DNA of 64,000 nt. It comes from an uncultured Polaribacter sp. Its GTDB lineage: Bacteria; Bacteroidota; Bacteroidia; Flavobacteriales; Flavobacteriaceae. Below the pieces are notes generated by a model. That model had not been told where the DNA came from. It was given only the letters and a program-made list of their open reading frames with translations, and made no database searches. The DNA lies in contig CALKEB010000001.1 of NCBI GenBank assembly GCA_938084845.1, positions 14,948 through 78,947 of the forward strand, in the 5' to 3' direction. This document shows positions 17,835 through 27,845 of the stretch, piece after piece. A program made the translations under genes and the position numbers. Every line of letters starts with the position of its first letter. The stretch's first letter is position 1.

Positions 17835-18987
17835 ATGTTTTTAAAAAAAATTAGTAGTCTTTTGTTGTTGTTTTATCTCCTTTACACTAGTAGCACAACA
17901 AAAGGAGTACGAATTAATTGTACCTAATTTAGAAAATCCATGGGGTTTTGTCTTCTTACCAGATAACGCACTGCTTATTAACGAAAAGTCTGGAAAAATA
18001 ATTCATTTTAAAAATGGCGTAAAAACTACAATTAAAAATGGGCCAGAAATTTACTTAAGAGGCCAAGGGGGTTTGTTAGACATTGCATTGCACCCAAAGT
18101 ATAAAGAAAATGGTTGGATTTATTTTACCTATGCATCAAGTATTGGTGAAGGTAGAGGAGGTAATACTACGTTAATGAGAGCTAAGCTTAAAGGCGATGC
18201 ACTGGTACATAAAGAAATGCTGTATAAAGCCGTACCAAACTCGAACAGAGGGCAGCATTTTGGTTCTAGAATTGCCTTTGATGTAGAAAATCATGTTTAT
18301 TTTAGTGTAGGAGATCGTGGGAATAGAGCTGTAAATCCTCAAAACCTTACCAAAGATGGAGGAAAAATTTACCGATTGAATGATGATGGCACGATTCCTA
18401 AAGACAATCCTTTTGTAACTAATGCAAACGCAAAAAAAACCATTTATAGTTATGGACATCGAAATACGCAAGGATTGGTAATGCATCCATTTACGAATGA
18501 AATTTGGTCTCATGAACATGGACCCAAAGGAGGAGATGAAATAAATATTATTCAGAAAGGGAAAAACTACGGATGGCCAATAGTAAGTTATGGTGTAAAT
18601 TATAATGGTACAAAATTTACTGATAAAACGTATATGGAAGGGATGGAGCGCCCTATTCACTATTGGACACCCTCTATTGCACCAACTGGTATGGCTTTTA
18701 TTACTAGTGAGGTGTATGGTAATTGGAAAGGAAATCTATTAGTAGGTTCTTTAAAATTTCAATATCTAAGTAGGTGTATTCTTAAAAGAAACCAAGTTTA
18801 TAAAGAAGTTAAATTGCTTCGTTGTATTGGTAGAGTTAGAGCTATTGAACAGGGAAATGACGGTTATATTTATGTTGGGGTAGAAAACTTAGGCATACTA
18901 AAATTATTGCCAGACGCTAAAAAAAATGACCTACTTTTATTTTTTTCTTCTATTTTTTCATTATTAAAACTTATAAACAATGATTAA
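17835..18987 (+). pseudogene. PQQ-dependent sugar dehydrogenase (GSDH/YliI family), frameshifted just after the start
   Basis: GQGGLLDIALHP, HFGSRIAF, YSYGHRN, EHGPKGGDEIN, NYGWP, SIAPTG. ATG 17835 is one nt out of frame with the signal peptide KKLVVFCCCFISFTLVAQ at the T5A8 run 17838-17850. Confidence 0.7.
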
Positions 18988-19038
18988 AAAATCTTTTTAA
19001 AAACTATATTTTTACCTCCCTAAAAAGATTTTTTAATT

Positions 19039-19986
19039 ATGTCAGAAACTATAGAGAAAATAAAATGCTTAATAATTGGATCTGGACCTGCAGGATATAC
19101 TGCAGCTATCTATGCAGCAAGAGCAGACATGAAACCGATTATGTATACAGGCATGCAAATGGGTGGGCAATTAACCACTACCACAGAAGTTGATAATTTT
19201 CCAGGCTATAAAGACGGTACAGATGGAACTGCAATGATGATGGATTTAAAACATCAAGCCGAACGTTTTGGAACTGACGTGCGTTTTGGAATGGTTACTT
19301 CGGTATCCTTGAGTAATGACGTGGGTGGTATCCATAAAGTAATTGTTGATGAATCTAAACATATCGAGGCAGAGACAATTATTATTTCTACTGGTGCTAC
19401 TGCTAAATATTTAGGACTAGAAAGTGAGCAACGTTTAATAGGAGGAGGCGTTTCTGCTTGCGCAACTTGCGATGGCTTCTTTTATAAAGGACAAGATGTT
19501 GTTGTGGTAGGAGCAGGTGATACTGCTGCAGAAGAGGCAACATACCTAGCCAATATTTGTAAAAAAGTAACTATTTTAGTTCGTAAAGACTATATGAGAG
19601 CGTCTAAAGCAATGCAACACCGTGTTAATAAAACAGAAAATATTGAAGTTTTATACAATACAGAAATTGATGAAGTTTTAGGAGATACTGTTGTTACTGG
19701 GGTTAGGGTAATTCACAATCAAACAAAAGAAAAACACAATATTGAGGTAACAGGGGTATTTGTTGCTATTGGACATACACCAAATTCAGATTTATTTAAA
19801 GGAGTATTGGATATGGATGAAACAGGATATCTGATTACAAAAGGAAAAACAACAAAAACAAATATACCTGGTGTTTTTGCAGCTGGAGATATACAAGACA
19901 AAGATTATAGACAGGCTGTAACTGCGGCTGGAACGGGTTGTATGGCTGCGTTAGATGCAGAACGCTACCTAGGTGCACTAGAGTAA
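19039..19986 (+). CDS. trxB: thioredoxin-disulfide reductase
   Basis: IIGSGPAG, CATCDG, GAGDTAAEEA, AAGD, RQAVTAAG. Confidence 0.97.
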   Translation: MSETIEKIKCLIIGSGPAGYTAAIYAARADMKPIMYTGMQMGGQLTTTTEVDNFPGYKDGTDGTAMMMDLKHQAERFGTDVRFGMVTSVSLSNDVGGIHKVIVDESKHIEAETIIISTGATAKYLGLESEQRLIGGGVSACATCDGFFYKGQDVVVVGAGDTAAEEATYLANICKKVTILVRKDYMRASKAMQHRVNKTENIEVLYNTEIDEVLGDTVVTGVRVIHNQTKEKHNIEVTGVFVAIGHTPNSDLFKGVLDMDETGYLITKGKTTKTNIPGVFAAGDIQDKDYRQAVTAAGTGCMAALDAERYLGALE

Positions 19987-19997
19987 ACGTTTTTAAT

Positions 19998-20035
19998 AAA
20001 AAAAAAGAGGTCCTAACTTAGGACCTCTTTTTTTT
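19998..20035. terminator. bidirectional intrinsic terminator
   Basis: A-run-GAGGTCCTAA-C-TTAGGACCTC-T-run between convergent genes. Confidence 0.9.
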
Positions 20036-20042
20036 ATTAAAA

Positions 20043-20489
20043 TTAAGCAATGGCATTAGCCTTCTTAGACTTTCTATATAAAAATTTATTAAAAATATTT
20101 CTTTTGCCAAAGTTGTTCATAGACTTCGCATTAATGAATTTTCCAAATAATATTTTACTTACTCCAAAATATTCATAGGTATTACCGTCTGTGAATGTAA
20201 CTTCTAAAAGCATACTTTTATGATGCCAATCTGCAACTTGATGCGTTGAAATTGTTGTTTTATAAGCTTCTAAGTTTGCTTCTTTAGTTTCTGGGGCAAT
20301 ACTTACTAAAAAATGATACCCATCTATAATTTTAGTACTTACAATTTCTGCCTCTGCTTTTTTATCAGGGTCTGTAAATTTATCAGGGTGCCATTCTTTA
20401 ACTAAATTTCGATACTTAGTTTTTAGCGGTTTTAGCTCTATAGGGCCTTCTATTTCAAAAAGTTTTTTATACTGTTTAATACGTTTCAT
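20043..20489 (-). CDS. J-domain plus KTSC-domain protein
   Basis: YRNLVKEWHPDKF (J-domain HPD); LEVTFTDGNTYEYFGV (KTSC). Confidence 0.85.
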   Translation of the reverse strand: MKRIKQYKKLFEIEGPIELKPLKTKYRNLVKEWHPDKFTDPDKKAEAEIVSTKIIDGYHFLVSIAPETKEANLEAYKTTISTHQVADWHHKSMLLEVTFTDGNTYEYFGVSKILFGKFINAKSMNNFGKRNIFNKFLYRKSKKANAIA

Positions 20490-20609
20490 ACAATGTATTC
20501 TTATTTGCTGTAAAAGTATCTATAATTAATAGATTAAAGGACACAAAGAGAAGATACTTTAGGGAGTAAAAACATAAAATTTGATCAGTTTTAAAACTTG
20601 AAACTGCGC

Positions 20610-21580
20610 TTAATTTTCTATAAGTTCACGATCAAAATGCTCGATTGCGCTAATGATAATTTTTACAGCTTCTACATAAAAATCTTCATTGATAGTTTCA
20701 TAGGTATCCGAAGCTCTATGGTAATCTTTATGATCTGTAACGCCAAAATAAATAAATGGAATATCTTCCTTATAAAATACACTATGGTCAGAAGAAAATG
20801 TCCAGTCAGATTGCGCTTTATGATCTGGGTCATCATGACCAAATAAAAAGAGTATATCTTCAGATTCTACAGCTTCTAGAGGGTCTCTTAATTCAGGAAA
20901 ATGATGCAATCCACTAGCAAATAATATTGGGTCATAATCACTATGGGCAATCATATCCATATTTATATTTAATTTAATATGTTGCTTATTGGTATCATAT
21001 TTTAAAAAATGTTTAGCGCCGAGAGAACCAACTTCTTTGCCATCTACAGCAGCAAAAATTAAATGGTGGTTTGGATTTTTATTTTTAAAGTACCGTGCAA
21101 TTGTAAATAATGCAGCTGTTCCAGAAGTATTGTCATCCGCGCCATTGTAAATTTTTTCATTTTAACGCCTAAATGATAAAAATGTGCAGTAATAACAATA
21201 GATTTTTCTTGTTTTCCTTTTATTATACCCACAATATTAGCTCCGCCAACAAGTGTATCTGTTACATTAGATAAATCGTCTAAAGGTTTTTTTATTGGAA
21301 AAACACGTTGTCTGAGTCTTCCAGAGAAGTTATGATTGAATTTTTGTAGTAGTGAGTCTCCAAAATAGGGGGCTAAACCAATTTCTTGAAAAGAGCGTAA
21401 AATAAATTGTTGCGCTTTAAGGTTTCCTTCTTTGGAAAAAGCCCTGCCAGATAATGAATCATGCGCAAGTACTTTTACATCATTGAATAATGTATTACGA
21501 TCAATACTAATAACTTTGGGCTTGCTACACCCCAAAATAAGAATCGTGAACGTAACAATTAAAAAAACTATTTTTTTCAT
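20610..21580 (-). pseudogene. M28-family lipoprotein peptidase, frameshifted
   Basis: One-base deletion near 21160-21163 separates ITAHFYHLG from IYNGADDNTSG..DGKE..NMDMIA..SDH..HKDYH; active-site substitutions also present. Confidence 0.85.
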
Positions 21581-21624
21581 TGTTTTTCTTTTTCTAATTA
21601 ATCGAGGTATCCCACCAAATATAG

Positions 21625-21656
21625 AAAAAAAAGACCATTTTTAAAAAATGGTCTTT
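21625..21656 (-). terminator. intrinsic terminator of fad operon
   Basis: AAAGACCATTTT...AAAATGGTCTTT hairpin with U-tract on the minus strand. Confidence 0.7.
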
Positions 21657-21681
21657 GGTACTAAACATCTATTTTTATTGG

Positions 21682-23490
21682 TTAGAAGCAGTATTTGTTT
21701 TCTGCTTTCATGATATCTGCAATTTCATTACGCAATGCAATTACATTTGGATAATTAGCATATTTGGTAAAACGTTTTAATCCCATTAAAAGCATTCTTT
21801 GCTCGTCTCCTTCAGCAAAAGAAACAATACCTTCTCTACCGTTTTTGGCAATTATTTCTACGGCATTGTATAAGTATAACTTAGCCATAGCGATTTGACC
21901 TTTTTGAGCATCTTCTCCAAAACGTTTTTCATTTTTTTCTGCACGCAATAAAGTAGATTCTGCCATGTATACTTCATTTAAAATATTAGCTGCAGCTAAT
22001 AATAATTGTTGATGTTGCTCTAAATCTGGTCCATACTTTTGAATCGCTGCACCTGCAACCATTAAAAATACTTTTTTAAGTTTGGCAATCATTTCTTTTT
22101 CTTCTGCAAATAATTCAGAATAATCTGGAGTATCAAAAGAAGGGATACCCATTAATTCATCTGCAACAGCGGTAGCAGGGCCTAATAAATCTAAATGCCC
22201 TTTCATGGCTTTTTTAATTAACATCCCTACCGAAAGCATACGGTTAATTTCGTTGGTACCTTCGTAAATACGAGAAATTCTAGCGTCTCTCCATGCAGCT
22301 TCCATAGGTGTCTCTTCTGAGAATCCCATTCCACCAAAAATTTGAATTCCTTCATCTGCACATGCTTGCACATCTTCAGAAACAGTTACTTTTAAAATAG
22401 AACACTCAATTGCATATTCTTCTACACCTTTTAACTCTGCTTCTTGATGAGAATTACCAGAAGCCATTCTCATTTCAATTCTGTCCTCAATGTCTTTTGC
22501 TGCTCTATAACTAGCAGATTCACTAGCATAACAGTTCGTAGCCATTTCTGCTAATTTTGCTTTTATAGCCCCAAAATCTGCAATAGGAGTTTTAAATTGT
22601 TTTCTTTCGTTGGCATATTGTAATGCAGTTGTTAAGACTCTTCTTTGAGAATCGATACAAGCAGCTGCCAATTTAATTCGTCCTACATTTAGTGCATTTA
22701 CCGCAATTTTAAATCCACCTCCTCTTACAGATAACATATTTTCTGCAGGCACAACTGTATCATTAAAGAAGACTTGTCTTGTAGAGCTTGCTCTAATTCC
22801 TAATTTATGTTCTTCTTCTCCTAAAGAAATTCCATTTGGATTTGCTGCATCATATTCAACAATAAAACCGGTAATGTTTTTATCATTTTCAATACGTGCA
22901 AAAACAATCATCAAATTACAGAAACCTGCATTTGAAATCCACATTTTTTGCCCGTTAATTTTGTATGATTTACCATCTTCTGATAACTCTGCTGTAGTTT
23001 TACCAGAATTTGCATCAGAACCAGCACCTGGTTCTGTTAAACAATAGGCACCCATCCACTCACCAGCGGCTAATTTTGGTACATATTTTTGTTTTTGTTC
23101 TTCGGTACCATATAAGGTAATTGGCATAGTACCAATACCTGTATGTGCGCCAAAAGCAGTACTAAAAGAACCATTTCCACTAGAAATATACTCACAAGTA
23201 ATCATCGTAGACACAAAGCCCATTCCCATACCTCCATATGCCTCAGGAACAGCAACTCCTAAAAAGCCAAGTTCTCCGGCTTTTTTCATTACTTCTTCTG
23301 TTAGTGCATAATCTTTAGCTTCAAAACGATCTTTATGGGTAACGATTTCTCTATCTGTAAATTCTTTTACAGCTTCTTTCATCATTACTTGTTCTTCAGA
23401 GAAATCTTCTGGTGTAAAGATGTCTTCGCATTTAGTGGCTTTTACAAGGAATTGCCCTCCTCTTAAAATTTCTTTATTTGTTGTTTCCAT
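21682..23490 (-). CDS. fadE: acyl-CoA dehydrogenase
   Basis: YCLTEPGAGSD, NGQKMWISN, KLGIRASST, QIFGGMGF, IYEGTNEI. Confidence 0.93.
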   Translation of the reverse strand: METTNKEILRGGQFLVKATKCEDIFTPEDFSEEQVMMKEAVKEFTDREIVTHKDRFEAKDYALTEEVMKKAGELGFLGVAVPEAYGGMGMGFVSTMITCEYISSGNGSFSTAFGAHTGIGTMPITLYGTEEQKQKYVPKLAAGEWMGAYCLTEPGAGSDANSGKTTAELSEDGKSYKINGQKMWISNAGFCNLMIVFARIENDKNITGFIVEYDAANPNGISLGEEEHKLGIRASSTRQVFFNDTVVPAENMLSVRGGGFKIAVNALNVGRIKLAAACIDSQRRVLTTALQYANERKQFKTPIADFGAIKAKLAEMATNCYASESASYRAAKDIEDRIEMRMASGNSHQEAELKGVEEYAIECSILKVTVSEDVQACADEGIQIFGGMGFSEETPMEAAWRDARISRIYEGTNEINRMLSVGMLIKKAMKGHLDLLGPATAVADELMGIPSFDTPDYSELFAEEKEMIAKLKKVFLMVAGAAIQKYGPDLEQHQQLLLAAANILNEVYMAESTLLRAEKNEKRFGEDAQKGQIAMAKLYLYNAVEIIAKNGREGIVSFAEGDEQRMLLMGLKRFTKYANYPNVIALRNEIADIMKAENKYCF

Positions 23491-23511
23491 ACTCTTATTT
23501 TTTTTAGGAAT

Positions 23512-24702
23512 TTAATTTAAAAATTCAAAAATACCTGCAGCACCTTGCCCTGTTCCAACACACATGGTTACCATTCCGTATTTATTATTTAGTTCTCTTT
23601 TACGCATTTCATCGAATAATTGAACAGATAACTTAGCACCTGTACAACCCAATGGGTGGCCTAATGCAATGGCACCACCATTAACATTAATAATATCTTT
23701 GTTTAAGCCTAGCTCACGAATAACAGCTAAAGATTGTGAGGCAAAAGCTTCGTTTAACTCAATTAATCCGATATCATTTTGCGTTAAACCCGCCTGTTTT
23801 AGTGCTTTCGGAATTGCAGCAACAGGACCAATACCCATTATTCTTGGGGGTACACCTGCAGCAGCATAACTTACCATTCTTGCAATAGGTTCTAGATGCA
23901 GTTCTTTAACCATATCTTCGCTCATAATCATGGCAAAAGCAGCACCATCACTCATTTGAGAAGAGTTACCAGCAGTAACGCTTCCATTTGCTGCAAAAAC
24001 AGGACGTAATCGTGCTAAACCTTCAATGTTTGAACCTTTACGTGGACCTTCGTCTTTGTTTACGGTATACTTTTTAGTTGCTTTTTTACCATTTTCATCT
24101 ACATAAGTTTGTGCGACATCAATAGGTGCAATTTGATCTTGGAATCTATTTTCTTCTAATGCTTTTAACGCCTTTAGGTGCGAGTTTAAAGCAAACTCAT
24201 CTTGGTCTTCTCTAGAAACATTAAATTCATTGGCTACTGCTTCTGCAGTATTACCCATTCCCCAATAATATTCTTCATGTCCAGAAGCTACTGTATCATA
24301 GTTAAGTTCTGGTTTAAAACCTGTCATAGGAACAGAGCTCATGCTTTCTGCACCACCTGCAATAATACAGTCTGCCATTCCAGATTGAATTTTTGCAACG
24401 GCCATACCAATAGTCTCTAATCCAGAAGAACAAAAACGGTTTACAGTTACTCCAGGAACATCTTCAATTTTTAATCCCATTAAAGAGATTAATCGCGCCA
24501 TATTTAAACCTTGAGAGCCTTCAGGCATTGCATTACCTACAATGACATCATCAATTCTTTTCTTATCAAAATCAGGCAGTTCATTCATCATATACTGAAT
24601 GGTTTCTGCAGCTAATTCATCTGCTCTTTTAAATCTAAACAGTCCTTTTGGTGCTTTCCCAACTGCTGTTCTATATGCTTTTACGATATATGCTGTTTTC
24701 AT
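23512..24702 (-). CDS. fadA: acetyl-CoA C-acyltransferase (thiolase)
   Basis: NRFCSSG, NEAFA, GHPLG, MCVGTGQG. Confidence 0.95.
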   Translation of the reverse strand: MKTAYIVKAYRTAVGKAPKGLFRFKRADELAAETIQYMMNELPDFDKKRIDDVIVGNAMPEGSQGLNMARLISLMGLKIEDVPGVTVNRFCSSGLETIGMAVAKIQSGMADCIIAGGAESMSSVPMTGFKPELNYDTVASGHEEYYWGMGNTAEAVANEFNVSREDQDEFALNSHLKALKALEENRFQDQIAPIDVAQTYVDENGKKATKKYTVNKDEGPRKGSNIEGLARLRPVFAANGSVTAGNSSQMSDGAAFAMIMSEDMVKELHLEPIARMVSYAAAGVPPRIMGIGPVAAIPKALKQAGLTQNDIGLIELNEAFASQSLAVIRELGLNKDIINVNGGAIALGHPLGCTGAKLSVQLFDEMRKRELNNKYGMVTMCVGTGQGAAGIFEFLN

Positions 24703-24710
24703 ATTTTAAG

Positions 24711-24768
24711 TTTTAGTGTTTAGTTTTTAGTTGTTAGTGAATCACTCACAACTAATAACTCGCAACTT
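24711..24768. repeat. 7-bp periodic palindromic intergenic repeat
   Basis: TTTTAGT GTTTAGT TTTTAGT TGTTAGT followed by inverted ACAACTA ATAACTC GCAACTT. Confidence 0.55.
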
Positions 24769-27174
24769 TTAGTTGCGTAAAGGTTTACCTGTTTTTAACA
24801 TGTGTTGGATTCTTTCTAAAGTTTTACGCTCTGTACATAAACTTAAAAATGCTTCACGTTCAATGTCTAATAAATATTGCTCTGATACTTTAGTGGGTTC
24901 AGATAAATCTCCACCCGCCATTACATAGGCTAATTTGTTCGCTATTTTTTGATCGTGAGCAGAAATATAGTTACTTGCCTCCATAGAATCTGTTCCGACT
25001 AAGAACATTCCTAAAGCTTGTTTACCTAATACTAAAACATCTTTACGTTTTACAGGTTGTGTATACCCAGCTTCAGCCATTAAAAGTGCGTGTTTCTTTG
25101 CTTGTGCAATTTGTCTGTCTTTATTTACAACAACAACATCTTTTCCTTTTTGTAATAAGCCTAAATCAAAAGCTTCGTATGCAGATGTAGCTACTTTAGC
25201 CATACCAATAGTTAAAAAGTGTTCTTGTAATACATTTAATTGTACGTCTCCTTTATGAAATAAGTCAGAGGCTCTTAAAGCCATTTCTTTAGAACCACCT
25301 CCACCAGGAATTACACCAACTCCAAATTCTACCAGTCCCATGTAGGTTTCTGCAGCTGCAACTACTTTGTCTGCATGTAAAGAAATTTCACAACCACCAC
25401 CTAAAGCCATTCCGTGAGGAGCCGAGATTGTTGGTATTGCAGAATAACGCATACGCATCATTGTATCTTGGAAATATTTGATAGCCATATTTAGCTCATC
25501 ATATTCCTGTTCTGCAGCCATCATAAAAATCATACCAATATTGGCACCTACAGAAAAGTTTGCTGCTTGATTACCAATAACTAAACCTTGGTAATTTTTT
25601 TCTGCCAAGTCAATGGCTTTATTTACAGCTGCTAAAACATCACCACCAATCGTATTCATTTTAGATTGGAATTCTAAATTTAAAATTCCATCCCCTAAAT
25701 CTTCTATTACTGCTCCAGAGTTTTTCCAAACTTCGTTTGATTTTCTGATATTATCTAAAATAATAAATGCATCTTGCCCTGGTTTTTTAACCTGACTTTT
25801 AGTAGGGATGTCATAATAGAAAGTAGCTCCTTCGTTTATTGAGTAAAATGAAGTTGCTCCACTAGCCAACATCGCTGTTACCCAAGTAGCAATTTCGTAA
25901 CCTTCCGCTTTCATAATTTCAACACCCTTGGCAACGCCAATTGCATCCCAAATCTGAAAAGGACCATGTTCCCAACCAAAACCAGCTCTTAAACCATCAT
26001 CTATCCTGTATAACTCATCCGAAATTTCAGGGATTCTATTTTGTACATACGCAAACATTGCTGCAAATGATTTTCTGTAGAATTCACCTGCTTTATCTTT
26101 ACCTGCTACAAGTACCTTAAAACGATCAGTAACATTATCTATGGTTTTGGTTAACTCAAGAGTTGCAAATTTTGCTCTTTTTTTCTCTCTGTATTCTAAC
26201 GTATTTAAATCTAATGATAAAATGTTCTTTTTACCATTAGCATCTTTTGTCATTTTGTAAAAACCTTGTTTGGTTTTGCTTCCTAACATTTTGTTTTCCA
26301 TCATATGATTTACAAAATCAGGAATTACAAATTGATCTCTCATTTCATCTTCAGGACAATTGTCTTTTACTCCGTTTGCTGTATGCACTAAAGTATCTAA
26401 GCCAACAACATCGATCGTTCTAAAAGTAGCAGATTTTGGACGCCCTATTACTGGACCAGTTAATTTATCTACTTCTTCTATAGTTAAGTCCATTTCTTTT
26501 ACAACATGAAATAAACTCATAATACCAAAAATACCAATTCTGTTTCCAATAAAAGCTGGAGTATCTTTTGCTAAAACTGCTGTTTTACCCAAAAACTGAT
26601 CACCATACATCATTAAGAAGTCGGTAACTTCTTGCTTACAATTCGGACCAGGAACAACCTCGAAAAGTTTTAAATATCTTGGTGGATTAAAAAAGTGAGT
26701 TACTGCAAAGTGTTTTTGAAAATCGTCACTTCTGCCTTCATTCATAAATTTGATAGGAATACCAGAAGTATTGGAAGTAATTAACGTACCCGGTGTTCTG
26801 TGTTCTTCAATTTTTTCGAAAACAGATTTTTTAATATCTAAACGTTCTACAACAACTTCCATAACCCAATCTACATCTTTTATTAAGTGTAAATCGTCAT
26901 CTATAGTACCCGTTGTGATTCTATTTGCAAATTTTTGATTATAAATAGGAGATGGTTTTGATTTTAAAGAATCTGTTAAAGCATCATTCACGAGGCGTTT
27001 ACGAACTACTTTATCTTCTAATGTAAGTCCTTTCGCTTTTTCTTTATCAGTCAATTCTCTTGGAACAATATCCAATAAAAGAACTTCTACGCCAATATTT
27101 GCGAAGTGACATGCAATTCCAGATCCCATAATTCCAGATCCAATAATGGCTACTTTTTTAATTCTTCTTGTCAT
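24769..27174 (-). CDS. fadN: 3-hydroxyacyl-CoA dehydrogenase/enoyl-CoA hydratase (FadN type)
   Basis: GSGIMG, EVVVE, SNTSG, HFFNPP; C-terminal crotonase GGGCE, GLVEFGVG. Confidence 0.92.
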   Translation of the reverse strand: MTRRIKKVAIIGSGIMGSGIACHFANIGVEVLLLDIVPRELTDKEKAKGLTLEDKVVRKRLVNDALTDSLKSKPSPIYNQKFANRITTGTIDDDLHLIKDVDWVMEVVVERLDIKKSVFEKIEEHRTPGTLITSNTSGIPIKFMNEGRSDDFQKHFAVTHFFNPPRYLKLFEVVPGPNCKQEVTDFLMMYGDQFLGKTAVLAKDTPAFIGNRIGIFGIMSLFHVVKEMDLTIEEVDKLTGPVIGRPKSATFRTIDVVGLDTLVHTANGVKDNCPEDEMRDQFVIPDFVNHMMENKMLGSKTKQGFYKMTKDANGKKNILSLDLNTLEYREKKRAKFATLELTKTIDNVTDRFKVLVAGKDKAGEFYRKSFAAMFAYVQNRIPEISDELYRIDDGLRAGFGWEHGPFQIWDAIGVAKGVEIMKAEGYEIATWVTAMLASGATSFYSINEGATFYYDIPTKSQVKKPGQDAFIILDNIRKSNEVWKNSGAVIEDLGDGILNLEFQSKMNTIGGDVLAAVNKAIDLAEKNYQGLVIGNQAANFSVGANIGMIFMMAAEQEYDELNMAIKYFQDTMMRMRYSAIPTISAPHGMALGGGCEISLHADKVVAAAETYMGLVEFGVGVIPGGGGSKEMALRASDLFHKGDVQLNVLQEHFLTIGMAKVATSAYEAFDLGLLQKGKDVVVVNKDRQIAQAKKHALLMAEAGYTQPVKRKDVLVLGKQALGMFLVGTDSMEASNYISAHDQKIANKLAYVMAGGDLSEPTKVSEQYLLDIEREAFLSLCTERKTLERIQHMLKTGKPLRN

Positions 27175-27190
27175 TTATATAAGTTTAAAT

Positions 27191-27646
27191 TTAGTGGTCT
27201 TGTTGTATAGGTTCAAAAATCTTTTTCTCAGCAATAAGTTTATTTATAGTAACGGTTACTTTAAAAAATGCTTCCAATTCATCTTCTTCAATATGTTCTC
27301 TTATTACATTGTTAAATTGGTAAACATGATTTTTAGAAAACTTACGCATCTCTAAACCATATGTTGTTAATTTAACGATAACACCCCTTCCATCGTCTGG
27401 ATTCTTTTCTCTAGAAATGGCTCCTTTTTCTTCCATAGATTTTAAAATCCTTGAAAGACTTGTTGGCTCCATACCCATTAAAGGCCCTAAAGCAGTACTT
27501 GGTGTTCCGTTTTCTTTGTCTATGTTAAGTAATACAAATGCGGTAGCCATTGTGCTATTGTAATTTGCAGCTTGCTCATTATACATTTTTGCGACGGCTT
27601 GCCAAGTGGCACGTAATTGATGATCTATAGATTTATTTTTATCCAT
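27191..27646 (-). CDS. MarR-family transcriptional regulator
   Basis: TSLSRILKSMEEKG, DGRGVIVKLT wHTH; heads the fad operon. Confidence 0.92.
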   Translation of the reverse strand: MDKNKSIDHQLRATWQAVAKMYNEQAANYNSTMATAFVLLNIDKENGTPSTALGPLMGMEPTSLSRILKSMEEKGAISREKNPDDGRGVIVKLTTYGLEMRKFSKNHVYQFNNVIREHIEEDELEAFFKVTVTINKLIAEKKIFEPIQQDH

Positions 27647-27651
27647 GAAGT

Positions 27652-27750
27652 CAAAGATATAAAAAATTTACTATGCACGCATAGTAAATTAAAAAAAGTT
27701 ATGCATGCATAGTAAATTTAACATTTTATGTATTTGTAATCATATCTTTG
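27652..27750. promoter_or_regulatory. divergent promoters with tandem palindromic operators (candidate MarR sites)
   Basis: -7 TATCTTTG on minus (27652-27659) and plus (27743-27750); AATTTACTATGC-AC-GCATAGTAAATT (27665-27690) and a second copy TATGC-AT-GCATAGTAAATT (27700-27718). Confidence 0.8.
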
Positions 27751-27845
27751 TGCACTGTACTAATTAAAATATGTAAGTTTGTGTAAAGGATTATTAGTAT
27801 TGGAATTTCTATGGTTAAAAAGTTCACTTAGTAAGGTTTGTATAA

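Noticed and set aside
18172-18660. 162-aa minus-strand ORF
   Set aside because: Antisense to the GSDH gene; no recognisable motifs
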